Program-made: the position numbers and the translations under genes
Notes under the pieces: model-generated
Seen by the model: only the letters and a program-made list of their open reading frames with translations
What the model was told of the DNA's origin: nothing
Databases searched by the model: none
NCBI GenBank assembly: GCA_027492205.1
Contig: JAOZFN010000006.1
Coordinates: forward strand, 7,369-71,368
Direction: 5' to 3'
Source: Thermoproteota archaeon
Lineage (GTDB): Archaea > Korarchaeota > Korarchaeia > Korarchaeales > Korarchaeaceae
Length of the DNA: 64,000 bases
Part shown: positions 9,181-18,743 of the stretch, piece by piece
Layout: each line of letters opens with the position of its first letter
How positions within the stretch are numbered: position 1 is the stretch's first letter

Positions 9181-9984
9181 TCAGATCAAGTCCAGCAGGG
9201 TCTTCCTGACGATCACCCCAGCCAGGGAGAGGTCTCTCTCCACGACCGGGACGGCCGGAATACCGTGCCCTGAGAGAACCTCGGCGGCCCGCCCCGCGCG
9301 ATCGGTCGGGCTCAGTGTTGGGGGGCTCTCCATCATCACGTCTTCGATGAGAATCCTTCTCACGGCCGCATCCATCCTCTTGGGGTCGATCTTCTCCCTG
9401 ACCTCCATGAACGCCTTCGCTAGCATGAAGTCGGTCACGAGTCCGACGACGGTCCCCTGGTCAACCACGGGGAGAACCCTGGCCCCCGTCTCCAGCATCT
9501 TCGATCTTGCGTGCACTATGCGGTCGATCGGGAGGGTCCTGGGGTAATTGACGGTCATGAGCTCGCTCACAGGTGGATCGGACCTGTCTGAGAGGAGTCC
9601 CATGAGGTCGGTCTCCGTGAGGGTCCCGAGGAGATTCCCGTCTCCGTCCACCACGGGGAGGAAGCTTATGTCTCGGTCCTTGAAGAGCGAGATGGCTCTG
9701 CCGAGGGTGTCCCTTGGGCTCACCGTTATCGCGGGCTCCGTCATGAGCGAGCTCACGTATACCCTCCGGGAGACGACTCTCTGGAGCCTGGCAGACCCCA
9801 GTCCCTCCATGAGATCCCAGGCGGCTATTACGCCCACCACCCTCGACCCGGAGAGGACGGGCAGGTGGGTGATGCCCCTCCTCTCCATTATCTCCAGGGC
9901 CACCCCGATCTGCTCGTCCTTGCTCACGGAGATGGGGTCTCGATTCATGAAGTCCTCGACGGGCTTACTCCGCAGGCGACCCAA
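9181..9984 (-). CDS. CBS-domain protein (four CBS repeats)
   Basis: Repeated M...P..V, LPVVD and G.LTETDL CBS signatures. Confidence 0.9.
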   Translation of the reverse strand: MGRLRSKPVEDFMNRDPISVSKDEQIGVALEIMERRGITHLPVLSGSRVVGVIAAWDLMEGLGSARLQRVVSRRVYVSSLMTEPAITVSPRDTLGRAISLFKDRDISFLPVVDGDGNLLGTLTETDLMGLLSDRSDPPVSELMTVNYPRTLPIDRIVHARSKMLETGARVLPVVDQGTVVGLVTDFMLAKAFMEVREKIDPKRMDAAVRRILIEDVMMESPPTLSPTDRAGRAAEVLSGHGIPAVPVVERDLSLAGVIVRKTLLDLI

Positions 9985-10804
9985 TGACGATCCCCCTGAT
10001 GATGTCGGTCTTCGTGATAATACCCACGAGGGTCTCCCCGTCTGGAGAGACCGGGAGCCCGCTTATCCTCCAATCCAGCATAACTCTGGCAGCCTTGGAG
10101 GCGTCCGCGTCCGGCCTAACAGTCACAACCGGGTTGCTCATCAGCTCCCCAACTGATCCGAGCTTCACCTCTCGGCTGGATCTCCCCACTCCGGTGTCGA
10201 TGACGATGAACTTCCCAGTCCTCTCGGGGGCGACGAACGCTATGTCCGTCTCGGTGAGTATTCCCCTGATCCGCCCGTCTGGACCGATCACGACCAGCCT
10301 GCTTATCCCCCTCTCCTTCATGAGCATGGCGGCCTTCTTCACGCTGTCCGTCTCTCGGACGGTGACGACGTCCCTCGTCATGAGATCCTGCACCTTGAAT
10401 CTGCCCTTCAGCTCCCTGGCGAAGTACCTGAGCAGGTCGGTCTTCGTTATGATCCCAACGACGCGGTCCCCCTCGACGACGGGCAGGCCGCTTATCCCCT
10501 TCTCCAGCATCAGCCTTGCCGCCTCCACTATTGACGAGTGGGGAGATATGGTCACGAGGTCCCTGGTCATGTACCTGCTGACGCTGGCGTTCTCCGGGCT
10601 CCTCCACCTCCAGGGAGGACCCCTCTTGGCCCACGCCTTGGCGAGGTCGTCAACGGTCACTATCCCCACGGGCCTCTCGCCGTCGACTACGAGGACCCTC
10701 TTGACCTTCCTCCCCAGCATTACGTTCTTCACGGCTCCCAGGGTGTCTTGTGGGGTGACGGCGGCCACCTCGGTGGTCATGTAGTCACCGACCTTAGCCA
10801 CCAA
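9965..10804 (-). CDS. CBS-domain protein (four CBS repeats)
   Basis: ISGLPVV and VGIITKTD repeated. Confidence 0.9.
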   Translation of the reverse strand: MVAKVGDYMTTEVAAVTPQDTLGAVKNVMLGRKVKRVLVVDGERPVGIVTVDDLAKAWAKRGPPWRWRSPENASVSRYMTRDLVTISPHSSIVEAARLMLEKGISGLPVVEGDRVVGIITKTDLLRYFARELKGRFKVQDLMTRDVVTVRETDSVKKAAMLMKERGISRLVVIGPDGRIRGILTETDIAFVAPERTGKFIVIDTGVGRSSREVKLGSVGELMSNPVVTVRPDADASKAARVMLDWRISGLPVSPDGETLVGIITKTDIIRGIVIGSPAE

Positions 10805-10821
10805 CTCGACTCACCCCTCAA

Positions 10822-11316
10822 TCAGACGGGGAATGTGCCTCTCCAAGAATTAGCGAGCCTCAGTCTCTCCCTCAGGATGAACACGACGTGGGGGGCCACT
10901 CTAACGACGTCCCTGGCCGAGATGACCCCAGCAACTTTACCCGCCTTGTTCACCACTATGAGCCGCCTGACGTTCTTCTCGGACATGATCCGGGCCGCCT
11001 CGATCAGATCCTCGTTCTCGTTGATGAGTATCGGGTTCTTCGTCATTATCTCCCTGACCTTCACATCTTCGGGCCTCCTACCGTCCTCCTTGGCCACGAA
11101 GCGGGTGATTATGTCCCGCTCCGTGAGGATGCCCACGAGCTTGTCACCCTCCATGACCACGACGGATCCGATGTCGTGCTCCTTCATGAGCCTGGCGGCC
11201 TCAGCCACGCTGTCGTCCGGCGCGACCGCGATGACCTTCGGCGTCATGACCTCGCTAACCTTGAGTCCCTCCTCGGAAGCGTCTTCCTCGGGGGGCGGTA
11301 CCAGCGCCCACCTCAA
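10822..11316 (-). CDS. CBS-domain protein (one CBS pair)
   Basis: KVSEVMT, IGSVVV, GILTERD and GVISARD. Confidence 0.9.
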   Translation of the reverse strand: MRWALVPPPEEDASEEGLKVSEVMTPKVIAVAPDDSVAEAARLMKEHDIGSVVVMEGDKLVGILTERDIITRFVAKEDGRRPEDVKVREIMTKNPILINENEDLIEAARIMSEKNVRRLIVVNKAGKVAGVISARDVVRVAPHVVFILRERLRLANSWRGTFPV

Positions 11317-11332
11317 CTCTCAAACCCCCACA

Positions 11333-13225
11333 TCAACTGATCGGGGCCGCGATCCGGACCCCGCCAGAGGGCAGTAGCCTCTGGAGATCCTCCACCTCGA
11401 TCTCTGCGGGCACTCCCCTCTTCCTTGCGGCATCCCTGAGGCTCTCGATTAAAACTGTTGTGGCCCTCTCCTTTGGGAGATCGCCGGGCGCGATCTCGTA
11501 TCCAACCACCAGGTTTCCTCCGGCGCCAGGAGGCCTTGAGATTAGCTTGTATTCCCCCTTTCTCTCCATTAGACCTATCTCAAGCCTGAGCTCACCTCTC
11601 AAGTATCCTCTCTTCCCCACTATGTAGAAGGAACCCTTTGGCAGGAACATGCCCGGAGGCGCGTGGATGGAGACCTGCTCGCCGCGGACGTAGAACACGT
11701 CGGCCTGCGACAGCCCCTCTCTCCAGGCTCGCGAGTATGAGGCCGCGTAGCAGGCCGCCTCCCTCAGCGTGACCTCGTCAACCTCGGCTCCTCCAGTCTT
11801 CACTATCACGACCGCGCCTCCAGGCATATCCACGTGGAAGAACAGATCTGAAGGATCCATGTAGCGCCTCACGAGTTCCCTGTTGGTCGACGCGTCTAAC
11901 CCGGCCACCACAAGCATCCCACCAGACGAGAGGAACCACCTGAACCTCTCGTACCAAGCCCTCCTCTTCCGCCTCCTGACTTGGACCTCATACTCCGGTT
12001 CCGGTCGGGTGAGCCGACTCTCGAGGTCCTTCAAGATCTCCTCAATCCTGGCGGCCTTCTGCTCCAGCTTCTTTGCCTTTGCGTACATTCTGGAGGCATT
12101 CTCCGCCGCGGACAACCTGAGGTCAAGCTCTGCCTCGCCTGCGGATAGCCTGAGGATGACTACGCCCCTCCCCCTGTCCAGCCTGATCCCCTCGGCGAAC
12201 CGACCCTTCCTGGCCTCCTGGAGTACGGACTCGACCTCCGCCAGTTTGGTGAAGATTTCATCCGCCATCGCCCTCAGTTGGGCCGCCTCCTCCTCGTACT
12301 CGGTCTTCAGCTCCATCTGCTTCCTCAGGCCCTCTGGGGGGGTGGCGGGCCCCCGCTCCTTCGCGACCTCCTCGACTATCCTCGATGTGAGGTACGCGTC
12401 GAGCGCGGCATTCAGCCAGCCACCGACCCTCTCAGCCTCGTATCTCTCCGCCAGAACTCGGAGCGGGAAGGCGGAGAAGTCTACGTAGACTTCTCCCTCC
12501 TTGTACAGGGTGGGCTCCGCGGGCCCGCTCAACCTGGCCATCAAGTCCGTGGAGGCCCGGGCGATTCGCTCCCAGAGGTCCTCTTGTTCGCCCAACTTTG
12601 ATCTCAGGTCGGCGCCGGCCGCGAATGCCACTTCCTCAGCGTAGGGGGGGCCGATCCCGATCCTGAAGGTCAGGAACCTCCACAGCTCTGAGTCGCGGTG
12701 CGCCGCCATCTCACTCATCAGGGCGCCCACGTCAACCCCACTAGGGTTCACCGAGTCGCTCGGGGGATACTCGTACCTGACCCCCCTCTTGAGTTCCCTG
12801 GCCCTGACCTTTAGGGGCCTGGCCAGCTGAACTATGACCCCCTCCTCGTCGGTGAGCACCAGGTTGCCCCTGCCAAACAGCTCGACATGCACCCAGCCGG
12901 AGTAGTCTCCCTCGTACCGCAGGCTGGCAACCCTCTCCAGCTTCAGCTGCTCTACCTCCACTATCCTGGCGCCCTTCAGCCTCTTACGGAGCCCCATCGC
13001 GAGGGGGGTGGGGGTCTTGGGCTTGACCCAGTCGTACCCGCTCAGGTACAGGGCGCCGCCGAGCCACGTTATGAGTTCGCCCCTCCTGGCCCCTCCACCG
13101 AGCTTGAATGAGAACAGGGAGTCCGCCATCTGGTAGACCTTCTCCACCCTCAGCGGGAGGAGCTCCTCGAGTTCTCGCAGTACGAATCTGAGCTCTATTC
13201 CGGCCATCTTGAGTCTGGCCGACAT
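11333..13225 (-). CDS. rqcH: Rqc2/NEMF (NFACT) ribosome quality-control protein
   Basis: LRKRL.G, ELFGRGNLVL.D, ENA..Y..AKK, WYERFRWF.SS.G, G.DA..N, YSRAW and PKGSFYI.G motifs. Confidence 0.92.
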   Translation of the reverse strand: MSARLKMAGIELRFVLRELEELLPLRVEKVYQMADSLFSFKLGGGARRGELITWLGGALYLSGYDWVKPKTPTPLAMGLRKRLKGARIVEVEQLKLERVASLRYEGDYSGWVHVELFGRGNLVLTDEEGVIVQLARPLKVRARELKRGVRYEYPPSDSVNPSGVDVGALMSEMAAHRDSELWRFLTFRIGIGPPYAEEVAFAAGADLRSKLGEQEDLWERIARASTDLMARLSGPAEPTLYKEGEVYVDFSAFPLRVLAERYEAERVGGWLNAALDAYLTSRIVEEVAKERGPATPPEGLRKQMELKTEYEEEAAQLRAMADEIFTKLAEVESVLQEARKGRFAEGIRLDRGRGVVILRLSAGEAELDLRLSAAENASRMYAKAKKLEQKAARIEEILKDLESRLTRPEPEYEVQVRRRKRRAWYERFRWFLSSGGMLVVAGLDASTNRELVRRYMDPSDLFFHVDMPGGAVVIVKTGGAEVDEVTLREAACYAASYSRAWREGLSQADVFYVRGEQVSIHAPPGMFLPKGSFYIVGKRGYLRGELRLEIGLMERKGEYKLISRPPGAGGNLVVGYEIAPGDLPKERATTVLIESLRDAARKRGVPAEIEVEDLQRLLPSGGVRIAAPIS

Positions 13226-13290
13226 CTTCGCGCGGGCGCCCCGGGTCTACGTCTTTAAAGCGGAGGCGGATCGCGGACGTCCCGATAGGC

Positions 13291-14142
13291 ATGACGCTCA
13301 AGGACTCCCTGTTCTGGCTCAAGCTCTCACTGGCGTCCCTCACGGGCATCATCGCCGGCTTGATAGGCCTATCAGCTACTGAGGGTCTTACGCTCTTCTT
13401 CTTCACGGATGTCTCGGCAGGAACGGCCTTCTTGACCTGGAAGAAGGGGGCCATCTCCGAGGTGGGGATCTACAAGGCGTACAGGGAGTTCTTCATGACG
13501 TCATTCCTCGCGTACTTCCTCTTATGGACCCTGACGCTCAACCTCACAGCGGGCGGCGTGGCCCTGTACCTGGCCGCTCCCACCGCAGGGGTCCAGGAAC
13601 TCAGGCCGATCATCCCATCCGAGAACTTCCCGTACAACGTGCTCTGGATGTTGAACATCACCGACGAGACCTACACGGCGCTCATCGGATCCTGCGCCCC
13701 CCGGTCGGATATGGCTAGGCTGCGGAACCTGACGGCCTCTCTGGGAGGGGGGGGACTAACCCTGAGGACGACGGTCACAGTGCCGCAAGGCAGTTCAGTT
13801 GGTTTAGGCTGGGTGAACGTTACCTACCAGAACGAGACCGTTGCGTTGGACGTGATAGGCCTCGGCAGGCTCACCCTGGGAGTTGGAGAGGAGGTCCCCG
13901 CGGACTTAGGTGGATACCCCCTTGTAGTGGAGTCCCTGAGCGTCGGACTTGGAAGGGTGAACGTCACAATAACCGTTGGGCCGATCCCAGCCGAGACAGC
14001 CAACTTCTCCGCTGAAAAGCTCGGAGCCCTGATCTCCCGCGTCTTAGTGGAGGAAAACAGGTACTGCGTGTTCGAACCCGAGACCAGAACCTTCAAGAGG
14101 ACGCTCAGGATCGGAGACGCGTACGTGGTGGTCAGGGGTTAG
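13291..14142 (+). CDS. Membrane protein: N-terminal EMC6/RAB5IF-like 3-TM domain plus a beta-rich C-terminal ectodomain
   Basis: LFWLKLSLASLTGIIAGLIGL..EG...EFFMTSFLAYFLLWTL resembles the Rab5ip/EMC6 family pattern; many N-x-S/T sequons downstream. Confidence 0.65.
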   Translation: MTLKDSLFWLKLSLASLTGIIAGLIGLSATEGLTLFFFTDVSAGTAFLTWKKGAISEVGIYKAYREFFMTSFLAYFLLWTLTLNLTAGGVALYLAAPTAGVQELRPIIPSENFPYNVLWMLNITDETYTALIGSCAPRSDMARLRNLTASLGGGGLTLRTTVTVPQGSSVGLGWVNVTYQNETVALDVIGLGRLTLGVGEEVPADLGGYPLVVESLSVGLGRVNVTITVGPIPAETANFSAEKLGALISRVLVEENRYCVFEPETRTFKRTLRIGDAYVVVRG

Positions 14143-14191
14143 CCGAGATCAGTTAAATCGCCGATCCCCCCTCGCAGCTCAGGGTGGCCCC

Positions 14192-14620
14192 ATGGGAAAC
14201 TTCAGGTTCCTGGAGCACGGCGCAGACGTGGCCTTCGAGGCCAGGGGAGAGAGCCTTGAAGAGCTGTTCAGGCAGGCCGCCAAGGCCATGTACGCGTCCA
14301 TGCTCAACCTGGAGAGGGTCTCCCCCAGGGAGTTCAGGACGGTGCGAGTCGATGCTCCGGACCTGGTGATACTCCTGCACGACTGGCTGTCAGAGCTGCT
14401 CTTCATAACGGACACGGAAGGGCTTGTCTTCTCCGATTTCGACGTCAAGATATCTCATGACCGCGACGGGGAGTACCTACTCGAGGCTACCGCGCATGGG
14501 GAGCCGGTGGACCCGGAGAGACACGAGGCAGTGACCGAGATCAAGGCGGTCACCTACCACGGCATGGAGGTGTACGAGGAAGGCGGAGAGTGGGTGGCCC
14601 GCGTGATCTTGGATGTCTGA
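14192..14620 (+). CDS. Archease (RtcB cofactor)
   Basis: FLEHGADV.F.A.G.SLEELF, WLSELL, EIKAVTYH and C-terminal DV. Confidence 0.95.
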   Translation: MGNFRFLEHGADVAFEARGESLEELFRQAAKAMYASMLNLERVSPREFRTVRVDAPDLVILLHDWLSELLFITDTEGLVFSDFDVKISHDRDGEYLLEATAHGEPVDPERHEAVTEIKAVTYHGMEVYEEGGEWVARVILDV

Positions 14621-14708
14621 GGGGCCATTCCAAAGTTTATTAACCGGGGCGGGGGTCGCGCCGAGAGTTGTACGGGGTTGGGCCCGTATCAAATGAGGGG
14701 TGCTACAG

Positions 14709-15830
14709 ATGCCTAGGAGGCACGGTTCACTGGCTTTCCGGCCTAGGAAGCGCGCAGCCACTCAGAAGGCCGTCTTCCGCTCCTACCCAGAGATTGAATC
14801 GAGCGGGGTCGTCCTAGCCGGCTTTCCCGGCTACAAAGCTGGCATGACCCACGTCATAATGGTTGAGGATCGACCGGGCAGGCCCACCACCGGTCAGGAG
14901 ATCGCCGTCCCCTCGACGGTCGTTGAGACCCCTCCCGTAAGGGTGATAGGGGTAAGGCCCTACGTGGGAACGCCCTACGGCCTGAAGCCCCTCACCACCT
15001 ACCTGAAGTTCGAGATAACCGGAGAGATTCGGAGGTCGATGACCCTCGGCAAGAGGGAGGGGGTCCTGACCAACGAGGACACCGCCGCCAGGAGAATAGA
15101 GGAGGGCAGGGAGTCGGTCAGGGAGGTCAGGTTGATCGTCGCCACCCAACCGAAGCTCGCCGCCCCGCCGAAGAAGAAGCCAGAAGTCCTCGAGATACCG
15201 CTGAAGGGGTCCACGGTACAGGAGCGGCTGGACAGGGCCATGGAGATGGTCGGCACGGTGGTCAGAATCTCCGACGTCTTCAAGGTGGGTCAGCTGATCG
15301 ACGTCACGGCGGTCACCAAGGGACACGGGTGGCAGGGGGTCGTCCGGAGGTTCGGCGTAGAACTCCTGCGGCACAAGGCCGGCAAGGGCAGGTGGAGGGT
15401 GGGCAGCCTCGGCTCCAGACACCCGCCCTACGTGACGTGGAGGGTGCCTCGCGCCGGCCAGACGGGCTACCACAAGAGGACCGAGTACAACAAGCGCGTC
15501 CTGCTGATGGGGCTGGCGAAGTACTCCGAGGAGGGTGAGCTCGTAGAGGAGGCGTTTCCGGACCTCAACCCACCCAGCGGCGGCTTCAGGGGTTACGGCA
15601 GGGTTAGGAGCGACTACGTTCTGCTCTCGGGGTCCGTGCCGGGGCCCGCCAAGAGGTTCGTCATGATGAGGCACCCGATAAGACCCTACACGAGGGACCT
15701 CCGAGAGCCCCGAATAATCTACGTCTCCGGCGTCGGCTATCTAGAGCAGATACTTAAGGCCAGGGCCGAGGAAGAGCAGGAGAGGGAGCAGGAGGCTCAG
15801 GCCGTGGCTGGGGGAGGTGAAGGCGAGTGA
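14709..15830 (+). CDS. rpl3: 50S ribosomal protein uL3
   Basis: PRRHGSLAFRPRKRA, GYKAGMTH, TKG.GWQGVV.RFG, RAGQ.GYHKRTEYNK and GSVPGP.KR. Confidence 0.97.
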   Translation: MPRRHGSLAFRPRKRAATQKAVFRSYPEIESSGVVLAGFPGYKAGMTHVIMVEDRPGRPTTGQEIAVPSTVVETPPVRVIGVRPYVGTPYGLKPLTTYLKFEITGEIRRSMTLGKREGVLTNEDTAARRIEEGRESVREVRLIVATQPKLAAPPKKKPEVLEIPLKGSTVQERLDRAMEMVGTVVRISDVFKVGQLIDVTAVTKGHGWQGVVRRFGVELLRHKAGKGRWRVGSLGSRHPPYVTWRVPRAGQTGYHKRTEYNKRVLLMGLAKYSEEGELVEEAFPDLNPPSGGFRGYGRVRSDYVLLSGSVPGPAKRFVMMRHPIRPYTRDLREPRIIYVSGVGYLEQILKARAEEEQEREQEAQAVAGGGEGE

Positions 15831-16630
15831 GCGACATTAAGAGGCCCATACTCGACCTGGAGGCCCAGGTCGTTGACGAGCTGGAGCTCCCTGAGGTCTT
15901 CCTGACTCCGGTGAGGCCCGACGTGATCAGAAGGGCCTACCTATCCAGCCTCACGGCCAGGATACAGCCGCAGGGCAGGGACCCGCTCGCGGGGCTCAGG
16001 ACATCGGCCGAGTCGTGGGGCGCAGGTCACGGCGTTGCCAGGGTACCCAGGGTCAAGGGCAGGGGCTACCCAGCCGCATCGAGGGGGGCGAGGGCCGATC
16101 AGGCCGTTGGAGGCGTGAGGATACAGGCCCCGAGGGCCGACAAGGTGGTGTGGGAGAGAATCAACAGGAAGGAGCGGAGGCTGGCCATAAGGTCGGCCAT
16201 CGCGGCGACCGCCTCGCTCGAGTTGGTGTCCGCTCGGCACAGGCTGGGCGAACTCAAGGAAGTCCCAGTGGTAGTGGTAGACGATCTGGCCTCAATCCAG
16301 AAGACTAAGGACTTCCATGAGTTCTTGCTGAGGCTAGGTCTCCAAGGGGAGCTCGAGAGGCTCAAGAGGAGGTTCAGGAAGATAAGGGCTGGGAGGGGCA
16401 AGATGAGGGGCAGGGTCAGGCAGAGGGCCAAGGGACCGCTGGTGGTGTACCACGAGGACGAGGGCATATCGAGGGCGGCCAGGAACGTGCCCGGGGTCGA
16501 CGCCGTCAGCGTGAGGAACGTGGGGGTCATTCACCTTGCTCCGGGAGGGGTCCCGGGCAGGCTGACCATATGGACCGTCGGCGCCATCGAGGCCCTCAGG
16601 GAGGAGCAGGTGCCGCTCCTGAGGAGGTGA
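15827..16630 (+). CDS. rpl4: 50S ribosomal protein uL4
   Basis: TSAESWG.G.GVARVPR, IN.KERRLA.RSA and HLAPGG.PGRLTIWT. Confidence 0.97.
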   Translation: MSDIKRPILDLEAQVVDELELPEVFLTPVRPDVIRRAYLSSLTARIQPQGRDPLAGLRTSAESWGAGHGVARVPRVKGRGYPAASRGARADQAVGGVRIQAPRADKVVWERINRKERRLAIRSAIAATASLELVSARHRLGELKEVPVVVVDDLASIQKTKDFHEFLLRLGLQGELERLKRRFRKIRAGRGKMRGRVRQRAKGPLVVYHEDEGISRAARNVPGVDAVSVRNVGVIHLAPGGVPGRLTIWTVGAIEALREEQVPLLRR

Positions 16631-16637
16631 TTGAGAG

Positions 16638-16904
16638 GTGGAGTTCGACCCCTTCAAGGTGCTCATAAGGCCCGTGGCAACGGAGAAGGCCGTTCAGCTC
16701 CTCGACACCCAGAACAAGCTCGTCTTCATAGTCGACAGGAGGGCCAACAGGCTGATGATCAAGAGGGCCGTCGAGGAGGCCTTCGACGTGAAGGTGGCAA
16801 AGGTCAACGTCCTGATAACAGCCAAGGGAGAGAAGAAGGCCTACGTCAGGCTCGCCCCCGAGTACAGCGCCAGAGACGTGGCCTCTCAGCTCGGAATACT
16901 GTGA
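16638..16904 (+). CDS. rpl23: 50S ribosomal protein uL23
   Basis: P.ATEKA, NKLVFIV, KVN.LIT and KKAYVRL. Confidence 0.97.
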   Translation: MEFDPFKVLIRPVATEKAVQLLDTQNKLVFIVDRRANRLMIKRAVEEAFDVKVAKVNVLITAKGEKKAYVRLAPEYSARDVASQLGIL

Positions 16905-16915
16905 GGTGGTGATCG

Positions 16916-17647
16916 ATGGGTAAGAGGATCCTGGTCCAGAGGAAGGGGAGGGGCGGTATACAGTTCAGGTCTCGCGCTCACCTGAAGATAGGCCCAGCCA
17001 GGTACCCCCAGGTGGGGCTGAAGGAGAAGGTGAAGGGGAGGATCGTTGAGTTCCTCCACGAGCCCGCCAGGTGGACCCCTCTCGCCAGAGTCGTCTTGGA
17101 GACCGGCGAGGAGATAACCTACATCCCACCCGAGGGGGCCTACGTCGGCCAAGAGATCGAGATAGGCCCGAGGGCCGAACCCGTCACCGGCAACGTTCTC
17201 CCCCTGGCGGACATACCGGACGGAACGCTGGTCTGCAACGTTGAGATCAGGCCCGGGGACGGCGGGAAGATAGCCAGGAGGAGCGGGACCTACGCGCTGG
17301 TGTTCTCTCACGACGGAGACCGCGTGATCCTGAGGCTCCCCTCTGGGAAAGATAAGATAGTCTCCGCCAAGGCCAGGGCCACCATAGGCGTGGTCGCCGG
17401 CGGCGGGAGGACGGAGAAGCCCCTCCTGAAGGCGGGCAACGCGTACTATCGCGAGAGGGTTCACCCCAAGCGCTGGCCAAAGGTCAGGGGCGTCGCCATG
17501 AACGCGGCCAGCCACCCGCACGGCGGAGGATCGCACAAGAGACCTGGAAAGCCCACCACGGTACCGAGAACGGCTCCTCCAGGCCAGAAGGTCGGGCACA
17601 TAGCCGCCAGGAAGACCGGAAGGGCCAAGAAGCGCGCCAAGCTGTAG
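16916..17647 (+). CDS. rpl2: 50S ribosomal protein uL2
   Basis: MGKRILVQRKGRG, PGDGGKIAR, WPKVRGVAMN...HPHGGG and PPGQKVG.IAAR. Confidence 0.98.
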   Translation: MGKRILVQRKGRGGIQFRSRAHLKIGPARYPQVGLKEKVKGRIVEFLHEPARWTPLARVVLETGEEITYIPPEGAYVGQEIEIGPRAEPVTGNVLPLADIPDGTLVCNVEIRPGDGGKIARRSGTYALVFSHDGDRVILRLPSGKDKIVSAKARATIGVVAGGGRTEKPLLKAGNAYYRERVHPKRWPKVRGVAMNAASHPHGGGSHKRPGKPTTVPRTAPPGQKVGHIAARKTGRAKKRAKL

Positions 17648-17688
17648 AGAACCAAACCTTATATGAGGCAGCGTGATGGGGTTTGAGG

Positions 17689-18084
17689 ATGCCCAAGGAA
17701 TTCACTTACAGGGGGTACACGCTGGAGCAGCTCACCCAGATGACGTTCGATGAGCTGGCGGGGGTCATGCCGGCGAGGATAAGGAGAACCCTCAGGAGGG
17801 GGCTGTCGCCCGAGAACAAGAAGCTGCTGGAGAAGATCAGGAAGTACAAGGTCGCGGGCGTGAACAAAGTGATAAGGACCCACAGGAGGGACATGCCCGT
17901 CCTCCCTGAGATGGTGGGCACGAAGATCGCCGTTCACAACGGGAAGGAGTTTGTGGAGGTCCAGATCACCCCAGAGATGATAGGGCACTACCTCGGCGAG
18001 TTCGCCATGACCAACAGGGTAGTCCAGCACGGCCAGCCTGGCAAGGGAGCCACCAGGTCCAGCAAGTACGTGCCCCTCAAGTGA
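17689..18084 (+). CDS. rps19: 30S ribosomal protein uS19
   Basis: [32 protein letters not shown] and [11 protein letters not shown]. Confidence 0.97.
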   Translation: MPKEFTYRGYTLEQLTQMTFDELAGVMPARIRRTLRRGLSPENKKLLEKIRKYKVAGVNKVIRTHRRDMPVLPEMVGTKIAVHNGKEFVEVQITPEMIGHYLGEFAMTNRVVQHGQPGKGATRSSKYVPLK

Positions 18085-18180
18085 GGGCTTCAGCCCCTCG
18101 TCACCACCGGCCCGGCCATCCGGGGGCGGGCCCTCACCTACTTCACACACTTTTTATCCGGGGTAAGCAGTATTTGATGG

Positions 18181-18272
18181 GCCGGGGTAGCCTAGCCCGG
18201 ACCAAGGCGCCGGCCTTGAGAGCCGGTGGCCCCTCGGGGGCCGCGTGGGTTCAAATCCCACCCCCGGCGCCA
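18181..18272 (+). tRNA. tRNA-Ser(UGA), long variable arm, encoded CCA, no intron
   Basis: Cloverleaf: acceptor GCCGGGG/CCCCGGC, anticodon arm CCGGC-CTTGAGA-GCCGG, T-loop TTCAAAT, G discriminator plus CCA; TATA-like tttttatc at 18151. Confidence 0.96.
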
Positions 18273-18356
18273 CCCCTCCTTCAGCGACCGCGAAGGTCGA
18301 TGGATGGCGACGGGAGCGGCAAGGAGTGAAAAAGGAGCGATTGACGTGATGCTGGC

Positions 18357-18671
18357 TCACGCCAGCATCACGATGCTGATCTTGACGTCTTCGGGTATGG
18401 AGATACCCATTATCCTCCGGATGAACCTCTCGTCCGGGTTGAGGACGTCTATGATCCTCTTGTGTATCCTCAGTTCAAACCTGTCGTACCTGTTCGTGCC
18501 CTCCCCCGACGGGTTCCGGAGCGTCGTGACCCTCAGCCTCTTAGTGGGCAGGGGGATGGGGCCCCGAATTCTGACGCCCATCTTCTCGGCGACCTCGCGA
18601 AACTCCCTCGCGGTGGACTCCAAGCTGCTCACGTTGGTGCTGACCAGCTCTATCCTCAACCTCTCCACCAT
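18357..18671 (-). CDS. rps10: 30S ribosomal protein uS10
   Basis: RGPIPLPTKRL, P.GEG and FELRIHKRIID. Confidence 0.96.
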   Translation of the reverse strand: MVERLRIELVSTNVSSLESTAREFREVAEKMGVRIRGPIPLPTKRLRVTTLRNPSGEGTNRYDRFELRIHKRIIDVLNPDERFIRRIMGISIPEDVKISIVMLA

Positions 18672-18743
18672 ACTCTATCCCGTCCCTCGCAGGCCCTACT
18701 CATTACTCGCCGCAAATAAAAGGGTGGGGGGAGGATCGACCCC

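Noticed and set aside
18181-18272. Long tRNA with 'TGA' in the anticodon loop, considered as tRNA-Sec
   Set aside because: The anticodon is UGA (reads UCA, Ser), not UCA; it has a standard 7/5 acceptor and T stems
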